Assembly (NCBI GenBank): GCA_047495785.1
Contig: JBLDXI010000009.1
Span: forward strand, 3,534,001-3,598,000
Length of the DNA stretch: 64,000 nt
Direction of reading: 5' to 3'
Source: Lepidodermella squamata
Taxonomy: Eukaryota > Animalia > Gastrotricha
In this document: in pieces, positions 12,789-27,003 of the stretch
Position numbering within the stretch: position 1 is the first letter of the stretch
How the letters are laid out: each line of letters opens with the position of its first letter
The notes under the pieces: model-generated
The model's database searches: none
Told to the model about the DNA's origin: nothing
The model's input: only the letters and a program-made list of their open reading frames with translations
Made by a program: the position numbers and the translations under genes

Positions 12789-14118
12789 GACGGCAACGAG
12801 AACCGCCGTTGTGGCCTGGTCACTTTTGGATCCTGGCTGACTTCTTATTTGTCGTTATTATTATATTATTTTACTGCGCACGGCTTCAGGTAGTTTCGCG
12901 ACTACTTATCGTCCGTAATTCTACGATTACGTTCTTAAATCACGATTCACCCTCTCCTTTAATACCTATCATGATGATGTATAACCAAGCTTAATAGCGC
13001 AGGGGCGTTACGTACTGAAACAAAATAGCTGCACAAAAACAACAACTTCGGTAATATGCAACTGTGTTGTTTTGGCGTGAGTGAATAATGAAACTTCAAA
13101 GGCCGGTGTGAAGAAAATCTGGTGGAGAAAACAACACACGAAAAACGCAAAACAAAACTTGATGATAAAATTAAGCATGGTTTCTTTCTTCTTCTTCTCG
13201 CTTTTGTTAAATTGATAAGTTTTTGTTTCAAAACTTCTTTTTCTATTGGTAAATGATACGTACAATACCCTAGCTGGTTGTTCTTTTCTCTAATTTTTGA
13301 TGATGACAAAACAAGTTATAATAATTGGTGTCCTATATCATCAATAGCCTGCGCAATTCGTAATGAAAGCCCGATACAAGTAATTGAGACGCATTATTAT
13401 AACCAGATTTGTTTTATCGACCGAGTGTAAATAGCGAAATTTGAGCAGTAAATTAACGCCTATTCAAGCTGATCGATGATGATGAATGAGCGAGAGACGA
13501 AAAGCCGCGTCGGAAAAATTGCGGGATTTGTTGTCAGTATCTCACGAAACACGTGTAAATTACACGATGATGATTGATTTTTTTGCGCGACTCTCTGTTG
13601 TCACACGAGCGCCTTAATTTTGCTGATTATTTCCCGTTTGATTTTATAATATCTGGAAAAAACGAGCGGAGTGTACAAATAGCGGACGATAATTTGCATG
13701 TGTATGAGCTCGTGTGTCCTCTCATCACTGTTTGTTCCGTTTCTGAAAGTTGATATCTTCTAAAAAATACAACAAGCCGTTAATAATATTTTCAAGACGT
13801 TCGTTCGTTCGTTCATCCTGAGTTGCAGGAACAAATTCACTGCACCTGAATGGTCTGCTAGTACTAATTTTGATGTGTTCGATAAATCGATGCGGAAAAC
13901 TGAAACAAAGTGTTGTCTCGCGGCGAGCGTTAACCGATTACTTCATATACATATCTATATATAAAATTATACATACGTATGTCTCGTGAAATAATTATGA
14001 TGAAAAATGAAAATGATAGAAAGGATGTTGAAGAAAATAAACAATGAAAAAATCACGCGAATTAACGTCATCTTTTTTTTACGATTTTCTTTAGTTTATT
14101 TTTTGTTGTGGTGATTAA

Positions 14119-14872
14119 ATGGCACTTGTTCGGCGTGCAGTCGGGTGGTTTTTGCAGCGTTTCGGAGGTGAGTTGTGTTGATACCCGGCCTCTACTAATT
14201 ATCGCGCCAGATTGCAGACGAATATAAGAGAGAAAAACGATAGTTATTAGTTATTATTATGATTATTTACAGGCGCGCATGTTGTTTTCTTCCTGCTAGA
14301 TGAGAGGACGCTAGCTTATCTAGGGAATAGCAATGAGATTAGCCGCGTTTCCCTCTCATAAACAAGAGCGTGGGTAATGTTGGATATTTTTGCTAGGTTT
14401 TGAGCTCGCAGCTGATTCCACAGCGATTGATTCATTGGTCAAACAACGCCGGTTTTTCCCCGACGGAATTTCCTCGCTACTGAAGCCGTCTGCTATTGTG
14501 TGGCATGCCGTTCCTAAAAAACGCCGCTCACTCGAGAAACGCCAATCACGCCGGTTTTACTACAAATTCTTCGAGAATGCGACCCCCAAGGCCAATCTAG
14601 TGTCATGCAGCGAGTGCGGTCATTGGATGGAGCGGCAATACGCATGTCCCCACTGTTATTCCCGGGTTCGACTTGAGACCGAAAAGGCGAAGGAGGCGCT
14701 CGGCCTCGACCGCCTTAAATTCGACTGGCCCACGTCGGAAATTGCAGTTGCCTATCGTAATGAAAACGAGTTGGCCGAGCGGTTGCGCCGCGAGGGCAAA
14801 TACGTCCTGCAAATCGACCGGCCGCGTCCGAATTGGTGGTTCGGCAAAAATTTGCTCACGAAATCTAAATAG
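14119..14872 (+). CDS. MRPL32: mitochondrial ribosomal protein bL32m (exons 14119-14167, 14397-14872)
   Basis: AVPKKRRSLEKRQSRR plus a CxxC..CxxC zinc ribbon (CSECGH..CPHCY); phase-1 intron joins a targeting-peptide-like exon MALVRRAVGWFLQRFG. Confidence 0.9.
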
Positions 14873-14975
14873 CTATCGAAATTTGAATAAAGTTCTGGTC
14901 GCCTTGAATTTTTCATCGATATTAAAAAATCGTTTATTCATTATTTAGGCGTTATTTATTTCAATATTTCAATTG

Positions 14976-17900
14976 ATGACGTCTGGACCGGCTCCGCCTG
15001 AGAAATTTCTCGGCTTGGTTCAAGATTTGCAGAGAGCTTACGAGGCTTTGTGGCATGAAAATGTATCATGTAAGTACTTGGCTATTTTTATTTAATTATG
15101 ACTTCCTGTGTTATTGCTTTGGAAAATACTCTGCACCTAAATGAAGCACCTACAAATGCTTATCCATGCAGTATTTTTGAGCAGAGTGTCCTACGCTGAA
15201 AATTGCACCGCGTGCTCGAAAATTAGCGTGAAACTCATGCTTGTCAATTACAGCTAATTATATCCCGTTTTCAGTTCTAATTGCTCAAAAACTTCAGTTC
15301 CATTTAATTGAAGTTTGGCTATCTGTCGTATGCTATCAATCGACGCTGTTTAGATCTCGTAAAAATGCGAAATATTCCAAAATGAAGAAAAAAGAAAAAC
15401 TGAATGTTAAAATTGTAATTTTTCTTATTTTTTTTCGCTCAGTGAGACAACAAGTTGCGCAATTGACATCGGCCCTCGAAGCTGGGAGTATCGGAGCTTC
15501 AAGCAGCGCAAATGCTAGGCCCCTCCCAACCACCCTACCCCCACTCGCGTCCGCGTCTGCAGACCTTTCAACAGCAACCAGCATCACCAGCGGCAGTCAA
15601 AGCCGTCTGCCCGAACCGGATTCGACCTACACGCCAGTCTACGCCCCGCCCATCACAGTTGCAGTGCCTTCGACAAAACGCAGCGCTGGAAGTACAAGTG
15701 CCTCGAATCTGTTCAACAAAACAACATCTCGTCTCGTGTCTAGCCTGAGACCCTCCGCGGTTACTGCCAGGCTAATTCGGGCGTATTCCGGCCATCGCGA
15801 TGGCGTTTGGGACTGTACGGCTGTTCATCGCGCCGGTAGCCTTATCATCGCCTCAGCCTCGGCCGACTACGCTGTCCGGCTTTTTTCGGTCGATTCCGCG
15901 CGGCCAATCTGTTGCTACTCCGGCCATCGCGGTTCAGCGAATTCAGTCAGATTCTACCCGAGCCCGAGTCGTGATCTAGTGCTATCAGCCGCCGGCGATT
16001 CGACCGTCCATCTCTGGGAATTTATGTCTGCGTCAATCGTCTCAGACGCGCATAAAGTTCCGAATAGCACGACCGTCGGGGCAGGTGGCGCTGCGTCGTC
16101 TGATGATTTCGATGCGTCGGACGATGAGGTTGGAATGGGCGCGGCTGGCCCGACTGGGGCGCCTTACGACCCGTCGACTGGGGACCCGGCGATGGCGCCG
16201 TCTTCCGTTGTTAGAATGGCCCGGCAGAGTTATGTTGGCCATCAGGGCGCGGTTGTTAGCGCTGATTTCATCATGGGAGGCCAGCAGATTGTATCGGGCG
16301 GTTGGGATCGACTGGCTTGTGTTTTCGCCACGGAGACTGGTCAACTTCTAGCCACGCTCTCAGGACACGATGCGGTACGTTATTTATTGCTGCTAAATGC
16401 GCCCGAGGCTGAATCCTTACAGCAGATCTGTGTTTACTACTGGTAGTTTAAGCGTCAGTTTCTATCACTATTAGGAGCTAAACACATCTGTTCGAAATTT
16501 GAAGCCTAAGGTGACGCCCGTGGCAGATGAATATTTTTCCGAATTATTTGCGTTATTGCCCATTTTTCACCAGGGCTTGCACGCCCAAGTCACATACAAT
16601 TCCTGTTAGTTTTCAACATCCGTGAAGATTTCCAATTCCTCAGAGGGACATTCAGTGGGGGAATGAGCAGCCATTAGTGTTATAGCCGGATGCTCGCCGA
16701 TGGTGCGCGCGATCGCATAACGAATCTCGCCATTCAAATTCGCCCACCATCGCTCGCCTTTCGCACCAGTCGGAGGTTCGGCAGCACCTGTGTCATAATC
16801 TCTAACGCCCCTTAGCTGTGGAAAAACAACAGAATTTGGTTCCGCCTAACGGCCGAATTGGTCTTGTCATTCAAATTGACTTCAACTTCGAAATATTTCC
16901 ACTGTATGGCTCAGACATCAACTGCGTAACAGTATCAATTTTATCTTTCACCATGTACGATTTTCTGACAAGATTGCCGTCCTAAGTGAATACATTTCAA
17001 TTAATTTCAGTAGAATTAACTAAAAATGAGCGTTTGCGTGCCTTTTCAAGTGGTATCGAGATAACTATCTTGGCAACCCCGAAAATAAGGGAAACTTTGG
17101 CCCTATCGGCCTGCCGGTCAATATCACCATTTACTTGTTAAGGCATCTAGATATGGAATTTTGCTCGGCTGCACGTTGACCTAGGCGAGCTGGTCCGCAA
17201 GATCTTCGAGTCCATAAGCAAACCCCGAATTCGTCTTGGTATAGATACCGATTGTTCATGCGGAAATTCATGTAAACTATCGGATCGATTTTGAGCCCTG
17301 CACGTGTTGATAGAAGGACTAAAATAGAAATACTTGACTATTCTAAGCTGAAGTCAAGTTCATTTTTATGTTTATGTTCTATCACAGCGTGGGTGGGTGG
17401 TTTTAATCGAGAAGTCCATTGATAGCATTGCCATAGCAAATAGCAAAAATGAGCAATGTAATCAACATTAACTGAGTCAAGTCCTCTGATAAGTTCAATT
17501 GTGATAAATTTGAATTTTCGAGCAAAAATTTGAGCAATTGATTTAATCGTAAGGTTGATGAAATTCCAACAAAATTGTCACTATCCATTAATTTGTTGTA
17601 TTTTGTTTAGGAATTGACATCAGTAGCCGGCCATCCTTCTCCTGGCCGTCCAATGGTGCTAACCGCTTCTAAAGACGCTTCATTCCGAATGTGGGATCTG
17701 CGCGATCGCACCCCGCAACTTGTCGCAGCCGTTCAAGGCCACTCAGGCGCTGTGAACGCCGCCGTTTTCGCCCCGGGAGACCGGATTATCACCGGCGGCG
17801 ATGATAGGGCAGTCAGAATATGGGACTTACGGCAACTCAGCTCGCCAGTTGCCGTCGCAAAACCTGGCTCTGCTGTTAACCGACTGGCGGTGCATTGGAC

Positions 17901-18216
17901 AGCTGGAGTTATCGGAGCCCCTCTCGACAATTCTCACGTCGTAAGATACAGAATTTAATAAAATAGCCGAAACTGAAATTCTAAATTTTTTCAGTACCTA
18001 TACGATGCTACAACCTGTAACAAACTCGGCCGTCTTCCGAGACGTAGCGGCGGCCATCGCCGTATAGTTTCAGCCCTATGCTGGGTCGAACAGCAGCAGC
18101 AATCCGCGGCTAACGCAAATAACCCTCTTCCTAACCTATTTTCGGCCGGTTTTGATCACCGATTGTTAGGCTGGAACGTTACAATCGCAGGAGCAGGGCG
18201 AAACTCAACTGTTTAA
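14976..18216 (+). CDS. WDR37: WD repeat protein 37 (exons 14976-15069, 15443-16374, 17611-17940, 17995-18216)
   Basis: N-terminal coiled coil LQRAYEALWHENVSLRQQV, YSGHRDGVW, WD40 repeats, terminal RLPRRSGGHRRIV; all junctions phase-consistent. Confidence 0.88.
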
Positions 18217-21155
18217 CTCTCAAACTGCTGAAATTCTTTACCATTGTCTCTCTCGCTTTATCGCAGATATTTTGATCGACATGAGTGTATAAATTCATTT
18301 AATTTTTTGTAAAATATTTATGGTGGCTTTATTACTTTTTGATCTTGACGGTGCTGGATGGCATAAAAATGAAATTGACCCACCTTTTTTTGCACGGCAG
18401 AGGAGCGGCGCCTAGTCAAAGTAAACATGGCGTGTGTTTAATAAAATTTTCTTGGCTTGTAATCGATTTCCGGAGATTCGATTCAAAACGCACCTCGTTA
18501 AATAATGTTTGTTCTTCCCCTCCTCTTGTTATTGTTTAAAAACGACGTGATGTCAACGGTGCTTTAAAAACGTTGTTTAAAACTATCGAAAGGCACTTGC
18601 GATTTTTTACATGGCAATAAAATTGTTGTTTTTTACGAATTTGATAATCATTATTTTGACACTAGGCGGCTGGAGAGGTTTTAGGTTGATAGTTGCAATC
18701 GGCCCTGATCGATTCGAGGCCACCGCAAAAATTATAATTTGCTGATTGGTTTTTTCATTTCCTGGCTCGGGCTCGAAAACCGCACGCCCGTCTTGAAGCG
18801 GAGCGCTATTGGCAGCACCGGATGCTCGTTTGGCAAATCGATTTCCAGGCCCATTGAATTTCGTACTCTTGGCGATATATAGTTTGATTCAGAAAGTAGC
18901 GCGCAACTTGAAAAATTTTCGCTTTTTAATAACACGCTTTGCGTAAATACTAAATCACGGCGATTTAGTAAGTAGACAGGTATTTTCTATTCACGCTTTG
19001 CCGCCAAATTGCGGCATCTGAGCGCATTTTTAATGGCGCGAAACCTAAGCGCCATATAGATTTGTCTCACCCGTTCGTTTTTTCGTGTTTTGTTGAATGC
19101 TGACGATTTTTGACGTCGTGCCGCGAATATATTAATGGCCAAATATTTTATTATTATCAGAAGTGTATCACCAGCCAGCCATCGGGGCGGATAGATTTGA
19201 TCGCACTTTGCAAATCGCATAAGTCAATAGAGACTTCTAATGCTATTACGATGTTATAATAATAATAATAATAATGGCCACCTTGCTCATCGGGAGGAAA
19301 ACTACAGCAGTTGCGTGCGTGCTCGCCAGCCAAAAATCCCTCGACATTCGCGCTCGACTACTGTCGGCCTGAAATATTTGACATGCAATAAAAAAAATCG
19401 GTATTAACAGAGGCCGAAAAAACTGCTTTGCTTTCAGACGAGCGTGCTTTTCAGGCGTAATGTATATGGTATTAATTTATTCATAATTAAGGAAGCATAT
19501 ACCCAGACTCTGGGGCATCGATAAAATTTGGCACCGTCATAAAGAAAAAACATGCGGTTTTTTTTCAATTTTTTATCGCCCATTTTGTGCACTTAGCCCC
19601 CAGGAGGCGATGATTTTTCAACGCAACTTGGAAAAGACATATTTTTGCGGTCATCGAGTTGTTATTTTGCGCAGGCCGTCCCCAGGCCACCCTGCTATTT
19701 TTTAAGAAGGCTTTTGCAGCGATCGAAAATGACAAATCGCTTCTGCGTTAATTTGTATTGTTTCTCATATTTTTCATTCTATCCTCGACTTTTATTGATG
19801 CGATTTGCCGGCCCATCCGGGAATAAGTGAATGGTTTTTGTTTCGGTTATGCGGCGTCATATATAACACATATTTCATAATTATTTCTCCGAGCAAAAAA
19901 ACCAGACATATTCCGTTTAATGCACCCTGGTCCGCCGGGTGTTTGTTTGGCGCCTCTTTTATTATTGCTACTACCATATTTCCTAGTCGGGTTGGTATCC
20001 TATCATCAGCATCCGCAACAGGCCTGCTTGAACAAGATATAATAGTATATTTTACACATATTTAGTTCTATGGGCACTAATAAAAAGAGAATTCTTGAGA
20101 ATCGTCCCGACACTCATCGCTTGTGATATAAAAATATATGTAAATGTTTTTATTATTTAGTTTCATATATAATATACAGTGAAGAGCATAGACTTTTCCC
20201 CGCCTTATTTGCCTTTCATCATCCTTAAAAATTATAATAATTCATAACAAAATACAAGCGCTCTTTCCCCCGCGCTTCGATACTTCTGTGCATTTGCGAT
20301 TTCTGTGGCTGTTGTGGGCAATTTTTCCAATTTCCGCCAGCAGTTTGCGTTGTGTATTTTGAGTTGCAGCGCGCCCAGCCTTCTACGCTTGCCAACAAAA
20401 ATACTAAGTATATATCTAGGTCCTAATATCCCACTTTCTAACCAGGCGCCATGTATTAATGGAATCGCTTTTCCGCGGGTTAGAAATCATGCCGCGGAAA
20501 ATGATAACATTTGCAGTTTGCGGACGTCCAAAAAAACCAACATCGATCATACCTGAATGAGGCACGGAATGACTCTAGGCACTATTAGCGGCGGTAAAAA
20601 ATGTTGTTTCATATCAAGATAGTACTTCGTTTTCAGCCGGCTTTAGCCTAGGTAATATGAAATATAATCTATATTGATCAATCGAAATCAGCCAAGCGCT
20701 CGTGATCAGCATCGCACCTCTTTTGAAGTAGTATAGAAAGCTTATTACGAAAAATCTGCTTTATAACCTCGCGCTCTTTTTATTATAGATAAAATAGATT
20801 GGCCTGAAATTATTACTATCTTGCCTGGCTTTTTAATTGTTTATACCTGTACCTATATTTTTTTCGGGTACACAATTTCATGGGTTTTGTTTTTCTGGCG
20901 CTCAGCCCCACGCCGGCGCCGATTTTTACCGCGAAAGTGCAATCACGCGCCTGAATATTTACATTATACACACACAAACATGGCTGATTTTTTTAGGGCG
21001 AAATAATTCTTTTAATATAATATATCACCGACGTCTCAGCAGAGATCTTTTTACTGAAAAATGGGCCAGTTACTGCGGTATTAACGCCGAGTGGTTATTC
21101 TACTCAATATCCAGGTAGATATATATAGCTGTTGTAAAACGTGCGTGGAAGCAGC

Positions 21156-24100
21156 ATGATTGAAACGGCGGCGCCGGGCAGCGGAGATATCGAGCTGAAG
21201 CCGCATAGTAGTGATCATGGCGTTATTCAGACGCAAGTTCAGCAACAATCGGCGGCGCTGCTAGCCCGCGAGCACAGTGATCATCAGCACCAGAGCGCGT
21301 TAGGCGACTTCAAGCGCTCGTTGACGCGCCGCCGCTGGTGGCCGGGCGGGCGCGCGTCGATGGCGGACCCGGGCGGGTGCATGGGCGAGTGCCTGCGCCA
21401 CGCCGGCGGGCAGGACCCGAGCCAGCCGCCGCGGCTCGTCTTCAAAAACGGCGAGTTTTCGATATCGGCGGAGAACGTGCCGCGCGAGAAGTGGCGCTAC
21501 CTCCTCGACATATTCACGACGATTCTCGAGCTCAAATGGCGGTATTGCTTTCTTGTCTTCTCGACGACTTACATGATCAGCTGGTGTTTCTACGCGTGTC
21601 TGTGGTACTTGATCGCCGTTGCTCATGGCGACACGAACATCGAGAATATGCGCAACCCCGAGTACCGGCCCTGCGTTACCTTCGTGCACAATTTTACGAC
21701 AGCTCTGCTCTACTCGCTGGAGACACAAACTACAATAGGCTACGGCTTTCGACACGTCACTGACCAATGCCCTCAAGCTATTATATTAATCATGTTCCAG
21801 GTAAATATTAATCGAGTACCGAGTGTATTTTCCCCTGTTATCCTGATAGTGTAATTTTAAATCCATAAATTTCTCGAAGAATCACCAACATTACTTTTTC
21901 GTTGGTTTGAGTTGCTCGCGAACGAGATGACTTCCGAGCTCTTGGAACTAATCTATCTGTCTATCCAAGCAACATTTATTTGGCTTATTTCAACGCTATT
22001 AAACTAGGTCAAAAAATTTCTTAAAAAGGTCAGCTTTCCCCAAGAATCGCGATAGTTTGGTTTTGTTTGAAAGATTAAGGGAATTGAAAATGTCTTGTTT
22101 TTTAGAAAATTAGAAAATTAGTCAGGATGTTGTTGTCAAGCGTTTTTTTACCAGTTCATACGTATTTATTGATCCATAGAAGAGGCCAATTTTGATAAAC
22201 TGGTCAGGAAGAGTGAGCTTATGTTAGAATACAAGTTTGGAAGATCAACTTTTGATCATACTTTTTTTGCCAATTTTTTGAGGGAAGGTATATACATCTT
22301 ATTTCGCAATTTTGAGTACAATGTCTGATAAATATCAAGAGCTACTTTTCGGCTTAAGAGTAAATTGGCCTAAAATGTGTATAATTTTTTACGAAAGGGA
22401 GATTCTTACTTTTCTACTATTCGTAAACAATGCTTGGTTCCAGTTGCTTATAATTCGAAGTTTTCTGCTCAAATATTCTAAATCTCAAACTTGGTAAAAC
22501 TCGTTGGAAAGAGGTATTCGAAGATTCGGAAGATCTGAATCCTAAGCTTTGCGACCTCTGGCGAAAAGGTTCACTTGCCTCATCAGCCAGCAACGCTAGC
22601 CTACAAGATCTTAAGTTCACTAAACATATCATTTCATAATTCCTATGAATTCAATTCATTTCTTCGCAATCGATTTTAACGCTTGAATAATGGTCTAGCT
22701 AGGACTACTAATCCGAGGAAGATCAAAGCTTATACAATTTTGCCCCTTTCAAGTCAGAATGGATCATAGCTTGACTTCTTTAGTTGTTGATTTTCGGTCC
22801 TCTGCTAGCCTGGAATTCCAAATATTAAAAACGATAGGTATAAAGGTTCAAATGTCTCTTAAAGATTCAAAGTCGATTGAGATCGAGATCGATTTTAATA
22901 AACAAAATTCCATATTTGACGAGGCCGAATATCTCCCAACTATCCGGAAAAATAGGAGTCTTCCAGAATTTTTGACCGGAATTATCCGCAACTGGAACGC
23001 TTTTTAAATACGGAATTCAAATAACAATAGACCCATTTTTTATATAAAAATATTGCTTGAGAGTATAAAATGAATGACTACACTATCATATTTCTTCTTG
23101 TTTCAGTGCCTTTCGGGTGTGATTATAGAGGCGTTCATGGTTGGCTATATTTTCACAAAACTGGCGCGGCCTTCACGGCGAGCGCAGACCATCATCTTCA
23201 GCGAACAGGCTGTCGTGTCGATGCGCGACGGCGTGCTGTGCTTATGCCTAAGAGTGGCCGATATGCGCCGGCGGCAGCACTTGCTCGCCTCCAGCGTCAA
23301 GGCGCTGCTCATTCGAACGAAGGTGACGGCGGAGGGCGACCGGCTGCCGCTTTTTCAACACTCGGTGTCAATATGTCCCGATGATATTGTCGACAATCAA
23401 ATGTTCATGTTCTGGCCCATTGTGCTCGTGCACAAAATCGACGAGACGAGTCCGTTCTACGACTTGTCGCCTGAAACGCTGAGAAGCGAGAACTTCGAAC
23501 TCGTCGTAGTGCTCGAGGGCACCGTTGAAGCGACCGGCATGACAGCTCAGGTGAATAATTGTTTCGTTGTTTAGGTTCAGGAATTTTTATGAGGGCTTCA
23601 AAGATGAATGGCGCAAAATTTCTTATTTATCCAAAATAAATTCCTGCAGTAATTCCCAATGTTTACTCATTTTTTTATTCTAATTTTAGTATCCAAGTCC
23701 CTGATATCCGTAATTCCCAGATTTTAAGTGTCTGAGTTGAAGACTATGATGGATTTTTCAGCATTAAAAAATCAATCTTGGATTATCTATTATAATCCTT
23801 CAAACTTGACACTATGACGTTAAATTTGTGAATCGGTTTAACCTGTGATGCTCGATTACTGCTGATTACTTTTATTTGAAGAGGCTCAGTATAATCCTTG
23901 TTTCAACGTTAGAAACTTGCGAAGGGTTGATTTCTACTTCGCCGCAAATTTTATATTAAAAATCGTATTTTAAGTTCCAGGTCTTCGCAAATGAAGGGTG
24001 GAAAACTTTCCCGCGCAAGATTTCCCACGCTCAACCAAAAAAAGTGTCCTATTCAATTTCCCCCAAAACCTGTCAACAATTTATTAGTTCCTTTTTTCCT

Positions 24101-24968
24101 AAAATTTCCTCAGTTTTTGCCGTTTTCTAATATGAATTTTCCTTCAGCTTCAGGTTTCAGGGTCCCCGAATTCATGTAGAATTCATTTATATGCTTTTGA
24201 AAAATTTGAAAAATTAAATGAGACTAATTTCGTGGCAATACTCAGTTAAAGTATAAAATCCCTAAGATCCCTTTGAAAAATCTGAAAAATCTCTTTTTCC
24301 AGTTGGAAATCAGTTTATTTGAGTTGCAATATGGTTTAAGCCTTTTATCGGGAATAATCCACAAATCGCCGATTTATTCTTTCTTAAATATAAAAATTTA
24401 TTTTAGCTTGGCGAGGCGAGGCAGGCGGGGGAACGGATTATAAAAAAAATTCAAATCTTTGAAATACATAATTGATGAGGTCGAGTCGGAATCAGTCTTA
24501 TTATTTGGCTTTTCATGGAAATCCCGGTTTTTTCTACTTCTTTATATCGGTATTTTTGTATAGGTCCGGACGTCTTACCTGGCAAAGGAAGTTGTCTGGG
24601 GCCGAAAATTCAAGCCTCTCGTTGGCTTCCACAGCGACGAAGGCACGTATCGGATAGACTACAGCCGGTTCTGCGAAACCGAGCCCGACCTCGTGCCTCC
24701 GGTGAGCGGGCGCGAGTTGGCCGCCGACCCGGCCCGCTGGAAGGCCTGGGTCGAGGAAACGCGCCGCGGCATGCAACTCATGATCATCGACGACCCGTAC
24801 AACGTGACAACGTACGACAGGGCGTACCCGAGCCGGCAGGTGTCGCGCGCCGACTCGATTCCCTCATCGCCGCAAGCCTTTCATTCACAAGTATCACGGG
24901 TGGCGGGCGGTGCCAAGTCGCCGATCGCCGAAGAGAAGGAGCACGAGAAGGACGTTAAACAGGCGTAA
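21156..24968 (+). CDS. inward-rectifier potassium channel (exons 21156-21800, 23107-23550, 24564-24968)
   Basis: RLVFKNG, YLLDIFTT, selectivity filter ETQTTIGYG, LCLRVADMR, HKIDETSPFY, LEGTVEATGMTAQ|VRTSY. Confidence 0.95.
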
Positions 24969-27003
24969 TTTTTATGTCCGAAACTGGGACATTTTTTGTG
25001 ATCAAATTTTGTGCCCTATATCAATTAATTAAAACGACAAATCCTGCCTACCTGAATTTTTGAACAATAATTTATTGAAATGATGCCTCCTTAAATCGGG
25101 AAAATCCAGCGCGTTAAAACTGCCAGTTTAACAAGCTATTTTATTTAATTGAGAAAAAATGGCGATGTGTGTGATTTTTGTATACAAATTTGTTTTATGA
25201 TGCCTTGAATGTCTATGCGGAAAATTCTATCATTTCTCTTGAGGTCGCCTATAACTAGGTTATATTATGGTGGAAATCGCTTTTATAATTTTCATTCGGT
25301 TCGCACTAAAGCAGCAAAAAATATCACAATTCTAAACATTATGCAATCTAATTTTTGGTTTTTCTTATAGCCTGGTTTACTTGAACGTTGAAAGTCTCGA
25401 ACATGCATGACAGCCTTAATCTCGGATCAAAATTATAGTTTAAGCTTGCACTGACGCCTTTTTTGCTTCAGTTGTTATACTCTGTGGGAAAACTCTGTCT
25501 CAAAATTTCGTAAAATATAAGATGAATATACTAGTCGAATAAATGTAATATTTTCTGTATTTTTGTGAAATGACTGTAAATAATTGAAATATATTTGATA
25601 TGAAAAATAAAGCGAAAGAATTGTTGAATAAGTGTTGGCGTTATCGACGAGCACTGAAAAGAGAGCAACTCCATGACAGTTCTGTTTCGAAGATTGAAGA
25701 CCGTCTTAAGAGGGCTCCCTTGCCGGTGGCTGCGTCAGCAGGTCGACAGGGCTTTCGAAATGCCTTCGATGGTATGAAGTAAAATCGAAAACTGCACACT
25801 GACTGGGATGGGCGTTTTCGGCCGGCTAATAAAGAGGCCAAGCGGCCTGGTAACTCGAAACCGGCGCGTCAAAATGTGATGATTATTTTGCATTTTACGC
25901 ATAATATTATGCTGTTACACCGACGCCATCATCATCAACGCTACCGTATACTAATAATCACGCGCCCCTTCGACACAGTTGGTTAACTTGAAATGTAAAA
26001 CCACGCCGTAAATAGCACGGCATATCCAACGGTAGCGCTTTAATGCGAGTTTTGCGCTGGTACCACCGCTACTACACCAGTAGCGCGTATGATTATACCA
26101 TTACATTTTTACCGATGAGTCACCATCGCGTGTCGACGCACGTGCGCGATCCAGCGAATGCGCGGTTCATTTAGCGCGCCCTCGTCAAGTGACTTTGAAC
26201 GCGCGTCTCGCCTAATTCGAGATGCCTATCACCGCGTTTCGGTTTACCTGATTATCATTAAAACGAGACCACGCCGACATCATTCAACACTATAGGCAAC
26301 GGCTATATGCTGCGGTTTTCGTTTCAATCAAGTCCCAGCTGAATGATGAATGATGAGCGAACAGAAAAAATAATAATTTAAACCTTGATTTCAAATGAGG
26401 CGTCACTTTTTTGTTGCGGTTTTTCAATGCAGGGCACGAAATAACATTTTTTACGCGACTGAATTGCTGAATCGCGTTTTTTTTTACATCCTCGCCTCTC
26501 GTGCTGTATAAACGATGAATGAAAACTAACTTATACCGCGGTTAATGATTAAGAAATTAATAATTAACTACTTTCTATGCAGCCTGTATTAGAAGTTTCT
26601 TCCCAAGTCAATGCCACGTTGTGACGAAATATGCGGCATCGACGCGTATTACTGCTGATCAATTTTATGTAATAATAATATTGTTTTTTGTTAACGCACG
26701 CGCGCCGCACCTTTCAACGCCCAGCGCGCGTTGATTGCTTCGGTCAGGCAAAAAAAGACCGAGTGAAAAAGGCGCTCACTCCGCCGTATTCTATCAATTT
26801 TTTATTGTTTTTTCATCGCTGTTTTACCTGAGAAATACTCGTTCGCAGTAAAAGGAGACACGTAATTTATTGGGTGCCAGCCATCTGTTACTAGGCGGCG
26901 CGTTAAAATCTCGAGGCATTTAAGGTGACTGAACGATTTTTTTCAATTTTCTTGTCTACTTCAGTACAGATTTTTATTATACCATTTTATATCGAATGAA
27001 ATA

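Noticed and set aside
25670-25712. Minus-strand TTAAGACGGTCTT...CATG resembling a flatworm spliced-leader exon
   Set aside because: ATG is followed by GA, not a GT donor; no Sm site is evident; the plus strand reads as a plausible coding exon.
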